Source: Rhizophagus irregularis
Taxonomy: Eukaryota
DNA length: 64,000 nt
Direction of reading: 5' to 3'
Assembly: GCF_026210795.1 (NCBI RefSeq)
Contig: NC_089431.1
Span: 1,612,001 to 1,676,000 of the forward strand
Position 1 is the stretch's first letter, and each line of letters opens with the position of its first letter. This document shows, piece by piece, positions 57,835 through 64,000 of the stretch. The notes under the pieces were generated by a model that searched no databases, was not told the DNA's origin, and was given only the letters and a program-made list of their open reading frames with translations. The position numbers were made by a program, and so were the translations under genes.

Positions 57835-58643
57835 TATTAGATTTGATTTGATTTTTATAATTTGATTTTGGGATGAGTAAAAATTTGAAAGAAAGTCGTA
57901 AAATGTCACTTTAAATAAAATTTGAACAATACCTCTTTGGTTTGATTTTATTTCTCGTTTCAATTAAAATTTAATTTATTAGACTTTTCATCATTAAACA
58001 TATTAATTAAATCTCATGCGGATATGGATTATCTAAATATAAATATCATGATTCTAAATATAGATATAAATCACTTAATTTATTTTAATTTTTTTTTAAA
58101 AAAAAATCTTAGTTTGATTTCAATTAAAAATAATTAAAAATCATGTACATGTTTTGGTTATTTAAATATAAATATCAATATATTATATTTAAAAATAAAA
58201 CAATTTATTATTAGCACATTCTATTGAATTTTAAAAAAAAATCATCAATATATCATATTTAAAAATAAAACAATTATATTCTGATTAAATATTTTGCGTA
58301 CATTTCTTAAAAAAATCATAAAAAAAATCTTGTACGTCGTACATGCAATTACTAAATATCATCCCCTTGTGATAAATAAAAAATTACGCAACACAAATTC
58401 AACACAAACTCAACACAAATTTAACAAATTTAACGAAATTTGGCCAAAATTAACAAATTTTTTACTAGAATTATCAACACAAATTGAACACAAATTTCAG
58501 TCACGATTTATTTATATCACGCCCGTGTTGTTAATAATTAAATAAATAAATCTGCATTTTATTTATGATATGGAAAACGTGACCATAAATTCTTTTAAGG
58601 ATATAATTTTATTAAAATAAATCAAAACTCCTATATCAAGTGA

Positions 58644-61600
58644 CTAAAAAATATATTTATTTACGAAATATTCATTTTGTTTATCAAATCGGGGTACTAT
58701 GTGAACGACACCATGTATAGACTCTATAGCTACAAAGTTATATAATTCTATCAATTTTAAGTGAGGACATCCATATAAATATGGGTTCCTTTTAGATTTA
58801 AAATCGTACCATTGAATTAATGCGAGATTTAGTGGTGGGTCTGTTAATACTTCTGCTAACAATAAGGCCTATAAATAATAAATATTTATTAATACTTTTA
58901 TAATAAATTATTACATAAATTGGAAAAATACCTGTCCATAACAAAGTCCTTTGTCTTATATATAATCATTTGATTCTTCAGAATCCATTGAAATAGCTAT
59001 GTCGCTAAACCATACTTTATTATGATACCTGTTTGTGGCACGCATTATGGCACCATTTTCCAGTGTTACCGATCCGTATATGTTTATTCGGGTTTCACCA
59101 ATAATTGTGAAACCATCAAGTAAATCTAGATATGAATCCAGACAACTTATAAATCTAGCAAAACCAATCTGCATTTTATTGTCTACGGAATCTTTTTTTT
59201 CATTAAAAAATGTATTTGCATCTTGTAAAGAGAATTCAAAGAGTCTTGCAGAAAATTTACAAGTGCGAGGTGTTTTTGCCGGATTCACTGAATGTTGAGA
59301 CATTCTAATAGATATTGCTTGACGTTTTATCTATTAATTTAATTTCCATCTTAAGTTATATAATAAATATATACAATAAATAAAATTTTCAAATACTTAC
59401 AGTTCGTAAAATCTGAGATTCGACATCTTTTTTATTGCTAATTCGGTAGGGTATTTTAATGAAATATTTGTGAAGACTTTCGTAAGTTTCTGTAGTATAG
59501 CCATTTATTGCGCCATAAGATCGTATTGAGTCAATAATATGATAAACCCATGAATGCAATTTAGGTAACTTCAAATTGGAAGGAGAAACAAATTTAAAAG
59601 CCTTGACAAACATCCGGGCCCATCTATGTATTGCATTCTAAAACTTAAATGTTAATTTAATTTATTTAATTTAAATTTTCAATTTTACTAAAATTTTAAT
59701 ACATACATTAAATTTCTCCAAGTCACTTTCACTAAATTCTTCATATCTACTTAAAATATACATTTCATTCCAATATTCGTACAATTTCGTAAGATCATCA
59801 TTATTTACAAAATTATCTACTTCATTGTTATTTTCATCATATAAATTATCAATAACAAATATCATGACTTTCATCAAACTTCGATATTCATTAGCAGTTA
59901 ATCTTGCAATTGACTGCAGTCCATTGGAAAAAATTTTAATGGCGGGAAAACGTGGGATTGCTGCTAGATGGCGATCTACTTCTTCAACTAATTTATTACC
60001 ATTAACATGTTGCAATTTTAAGATATCGCACGTGAAGATAATTTGATAACGAAATAAACCTAAATCTAAATGATGCATTCTGTCAGGAACAGTAGCCAAG
60101 TAGATATTTATATTCCTTGATAATATAAATATTTATAATTAATAGATATATATGTTATTATAATTATTTCTACTTTTGCATACTTACGGTAAATCCCAAA
60201 AAAAATTATGTACAGATTCTATGCAAACAGATCTTTGTGTATCATTTTCAAAATGTTTACGCATTTCATCATGAGTTCTTAGTATTACATCGTTAACCGA
60301 TAAGTCTATATTTGCAAGATTTTTCCTTTTAACTAAACAGGAGTGACATGGAAGGTTTGAATTGGAGGATTTATAAACTAAACAAAAACTTGCGGCTTCC
60401 GGCCAATCTGCAATAATAGTTGAAACTCTAGGATAAAACCAGGTATTTTCATTATTTATAAAAAGGTCTATACCATCTTTTAATAAAATAATAGGTTCTA
60501 ATAAATGACGTAAAGATTTATGAAAGGTATCACGAACCAGATCTTTATTTGCAGCTTCTAAAATTGGTAAATATCCCAAAAGTTGCTTTGCATCCTGTTT
60601 ATTACGACGCCATATTGGGATATTACCTAATGTAATATATATTGGATGCAATTGACTTTTTCCTAATGTATCTGTAGTTGTTGCATCTGAATATAAAATA
60701 ATTGATAATAATTTGGAACCAGTAGGTAAGGATTCTTGCGTAGTTTTCCACCATTTTCCAGTGTTTTGTTCACTGTAAATACTTTCTCTATTATACTATA
60801 AAATAATATAAATAAATTAAAATAAATATTATTTAAATTATTGAATTAACTAATATTTACTATTTACCTTATAGTTTTCGTAAGATAGCACAAAATTTTG
60901 TGTTATGTCAGGAACAGTTAAAATATTTTTGATGCACTGTATTAAGTTTTGATAATAAAGAAAATAATCTTTATCTTTATGTTTTGTTATAAGAACTTTA
61001 CTAAATTCTAAATTAGAAAACTTCATATTATTCATAAATGCTCGTCCCTGTTCGATATTTTTTGGTAATGGTGATTCTGTAAGATTTGAATGTTTATTAA
61101 AAAAACGTATTATTTCATTACCACCTTTATTATTTATTTTATATTTCGTTACTAATAACATTAGATCTTTATAAGCATCATTAGGAAATTCTGTGCAAGT
61201 TTTGGTATTGAGATTTTTGGGTTCTTCAAAAATTTCAGGCTCTTCAGAAATTTCAAGCTCTTCAGATGAATCTAATATATTTTCAAAGTTACTATCTTCA
61301 AGGCTCATCTCTGATATTGCACTTCCAATACTGTCAAATGACATATTTTGTACATCATTATCATCATCCACCTAAAATTATAAACCAAATGAGTTAGTAT
61401 AATTTGAGCTTTTTTCTTAAGAGCTTTAAAAAGAATAATCTGGAATAACATAATTACCTCAACTTTATCATTTTCATATTCACTACTTAGATTACTTCTT
61501 GTATCCATTTCACTGCTATATTTTTCACTATCATTATTATCATCATCTTCTTCTACTTCTAATTCTACATTTTTTAAGCATTTTTGGGCGTGTTGAGTAT

Positions 61601-61652
61601 ATGCAAAGCGTTGACTGAATATTCGCATACAAAGGGGGCATTTGAAACTCAT
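58644..61652 (-). pseudogene. Plavaka-type transposase 2 (multi-exon), nearly intact; TAA at 58956
   Basis: CPLC..F..YTQH..C zinc finger; YSDATTTD, HPIYITLGNIP, IIADWPEA, PCHSC, PDRMHHLDLGLF, PKLHSW, ETYESLHK, LALIQWYD. Confidence 0.85.
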
Positions 61653-61807
61653 GTTGCTAAATTAACGCGTCAAATTTGATGAAAAGTATCAATTCACTAT
61701 TCAATTTATATAAGATTTTGTGTGCTAATAAAATTATATTGCAAATTTATTGTAAAAATTTAATGAATTATTGAATGGATTACAATTGATTGAGTTATTT
61801 GAATAGA

Positions 61808-62074
61808 TACAACTACGCAAATTTACGCATTAATGAACTGTAAGAATCTGATGGCTAATGTCACGGAATAATTCGCAAATTTACGCATTATAGCAAAATT
61901 CAAAATATGCGAAACACTCAGCAATTTTGCTGCCAGTACAACTACGCAAATTTACGCATTAATGAATGGAACTGGCTGTAAGAATCTGGTGGCTAATGTC
62001 GCGGAATAATTCGCAAATTTACGCATTATAGCAAAATTTAAAATATGCGAAACACTTAGCAATTTTGCTGCCAG
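61808..62074. repeat. Tandem duplication of a ~130-bp unit in the divergent-promoter region
   Basis: tacaactacgcaaatttacgcattaatga...gcaattttgctgccag occurs at 61808 and 61937. Confidence 0.85.
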
Positions 62075-62808
62075 GAACTTGCCGAGTTCGTGAGCTGGCA
62101 AATTTTGAATTTGCTGTAACGGGCTGTAAGAATCCGGATGGCTAATACGGCTTATTCAATCGGCTAATCATCTGATAATCAGCCACAAATTTATTGGCTT
62201 AACACATTTTACAATAATGGACGGATGATCAGCCACAAATTTATGCGATAATCAGTTATAAGCGTTCAAGATCACTATCAATCTAATCAGCCAAATGAAT
62301 TCACTCGCTGCAACTTTTTTTTGCCATGCATACAAGCCCCAACATGTGTAACATGTTATTTTTTTATAAATGGATGTTGATTAATACTTCAATTGTACTA
62401 TATGCTTTTACGAGAGTTTTTTTAAAAATTCTCTCATGAAAGTGTTACAATTTTTTTTTCATAATATCACAATGCAAAATTTTTGCATTAGTTCATTCAT
62501 TTTTCGTAATATTTCGCATTAGTTCATCCATTTTTCGCAATATTTCGCAAGTTTTTTTTCTTTTTTAGTATAGAATGGCGGAAATGACGTTATGACAACT
62601 TGCCTCCTTTTTCTGAACCTCTGGTTCATGTATTCCCCCTTTTTCGTATTTTTAGTTCCTCATTTTCAAATTTCTGATTCATGTCTTTCCCCTTTTTCTC
62701 ATATTTTTCTCCTTTCGTATTTCTAGTTCCTCTTCAAATTTCTAGTAATATCTTTTTCTCCCTTTCGAGTTTAGTTCATATTTCCTCCCTCACATATTAT
62801 CCCGATAG

Positions 62809-64000
62809 CTACAAAACGTGGTGAAAAACGAAATATTGATGATAATGAAAGAATCTCAAGACGTAATACTGAGAAGAGTAGTGAAGCCGAGAAACGAATA
62901 AGATTATCAGACGATAATGTTGAAGGTATATATGACATGATATGTATCATATTTTTTATAAGAAATTATATAATATATAGTAATTATATTTTATTGTTAA
63001 AGTTAATAAAAAAACAATAGAAAAACTATTAAGAACCAATTCGCAGATAATTTCTAAGCTTGAAGTTCTTATTACCAGACAAAAAAATCTTGAAACCCGT
63101 CTCTCGGGTATAGAAAAAAAGCTCAACGATGATAACAAAAATAATAATACAATAGATCCGGAGTATATAAAGGTAATAAAGATGAATATTATTTAATGTA
63201 AACCTGAAATGCTAACCTCATTTGATTAGGAGCTTGTTAAGAAGGTGTCAAAAATTTTATTTGAAAATTTTGTTTATCCTTCGCAAGAAGAGTACAGACT
63301 TGCTACCGAAAAATATTTAAAAGATGAAAATCCAGAATTTATACGCCAGTTCAAAAAAAATCAATGGATTCTTTTTTTCGAAAAAAAAAATTGCCCAACT
63401 GTAAGTTAAAGCAATTATGAATTTTATTAAATTTCATACTAATATTTTTTTTAATAGTTAGTACAACAACATAGGAGTATAAGAGGGACGTTCACGTCCA
63501 GAGTAAAAGATGTAATGTATTCCGTTTATGAAGCAACTGGGCATAAATTACCGTCCATTAACACTCAGGCTAGTCCGTCAAAGATTCAGGAATGGAAGAG
63601 TAAGCCGGAGGTGAAAAGATGTTACAACATCCTATTTAAAAAGGTTAAAGATGGACAACCTACGACATATATGTCGCTGATAATTGATAAGTTGCGAAAA
63701 GATAATAAAAATCCCTCAAAAACACAAATAGCGTATGCGATTAGCATATGTGAAACGTACTTAAATCCTAATAATCAAAACATTCAAATGAGTGAAAGTA
63801 TAATGAAGTCGAAGATAATCAACAACTTAGTAAGTTTTTAATTTACAATTTGCAAAATGTGAATTATTTGAATTACAGTTTATTTATTTATTTGTTGGTT
63901 TTTAGCAAAAGTTGGAAAATAGGGATAAATTTACACATTCGGACGATGATTCTCATGATGGTAATGATGTAGATGATGGTGGTAATGGAGCAGCTGACGA
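62809..64000 (+). CDS. Divergent multi-exon accessory gene of Plavaka 2 (start uncertain, runs off the window)
   Basis: KLPSINTQASPSKIQEWKSKPEVKRCYNILF..ICETYLNP aligns with KLECVDSSASSKKIAEWKKSAKTREAYRELF..ICDIVLNP of element 1. Confidence 0.6.

Larger units (their letters stand above)
56160..64000. mobile_element. Plavaka / CMC-like transposon 2; right end outside the window
   Basis: TA|CATCAGGAAATTT resembles the element 1 terminus; subterminal array; same transposase plus divergent gene layout. Confidence 0.75.

Overview
AT-rich eukaryotic DNA with short GT-AG introns and a high transposon content. The gene families (Plavaka transposases, Crinkler-like domains, D5-like primase-helicase) point to a Glomeromycotina arbuscular mycorrhizal fungus such as Rhizophagus; this is an inference. 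In order: (1) the 3' end of an RNase H-bearing LINE with a poly(A) tail; (2) a host gene built from duplicated phase-0 micro-exons; (3) a triple nest in which a non-autonomous hAT-like element is split by Gypsy LTR element A (493-bp LTRs), itself split in its RT by Gypsy element B (1111-bp LTRs); (4) a membrane-protein pseudogene; (5) a complete Plavaka/CMC-like transposon with a divergent accessory gene; (6) a ~15-kb, mostly intronless, co-oriented island; (7) a second Plavaka element running off the right edge. The island carries origin-like palindromes, an AEP PrimPol-SF3 helicase, a tyrosine-recombinase/protelomerase-like gene and cargo (retropepsin, F-box/LRR, Crinkler N-terminal domain, SAM-restriction-endonuclease-like protein). 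The two most unusual signals are this island, a candidate self-replicating integrative or linear-plasmid-like element, and a thymidylate/dNMP-kinase-like P-loop domain fused to RT-RNase H in Gypsy B. All alignments and motif calls were made by eye; no database searches were run.
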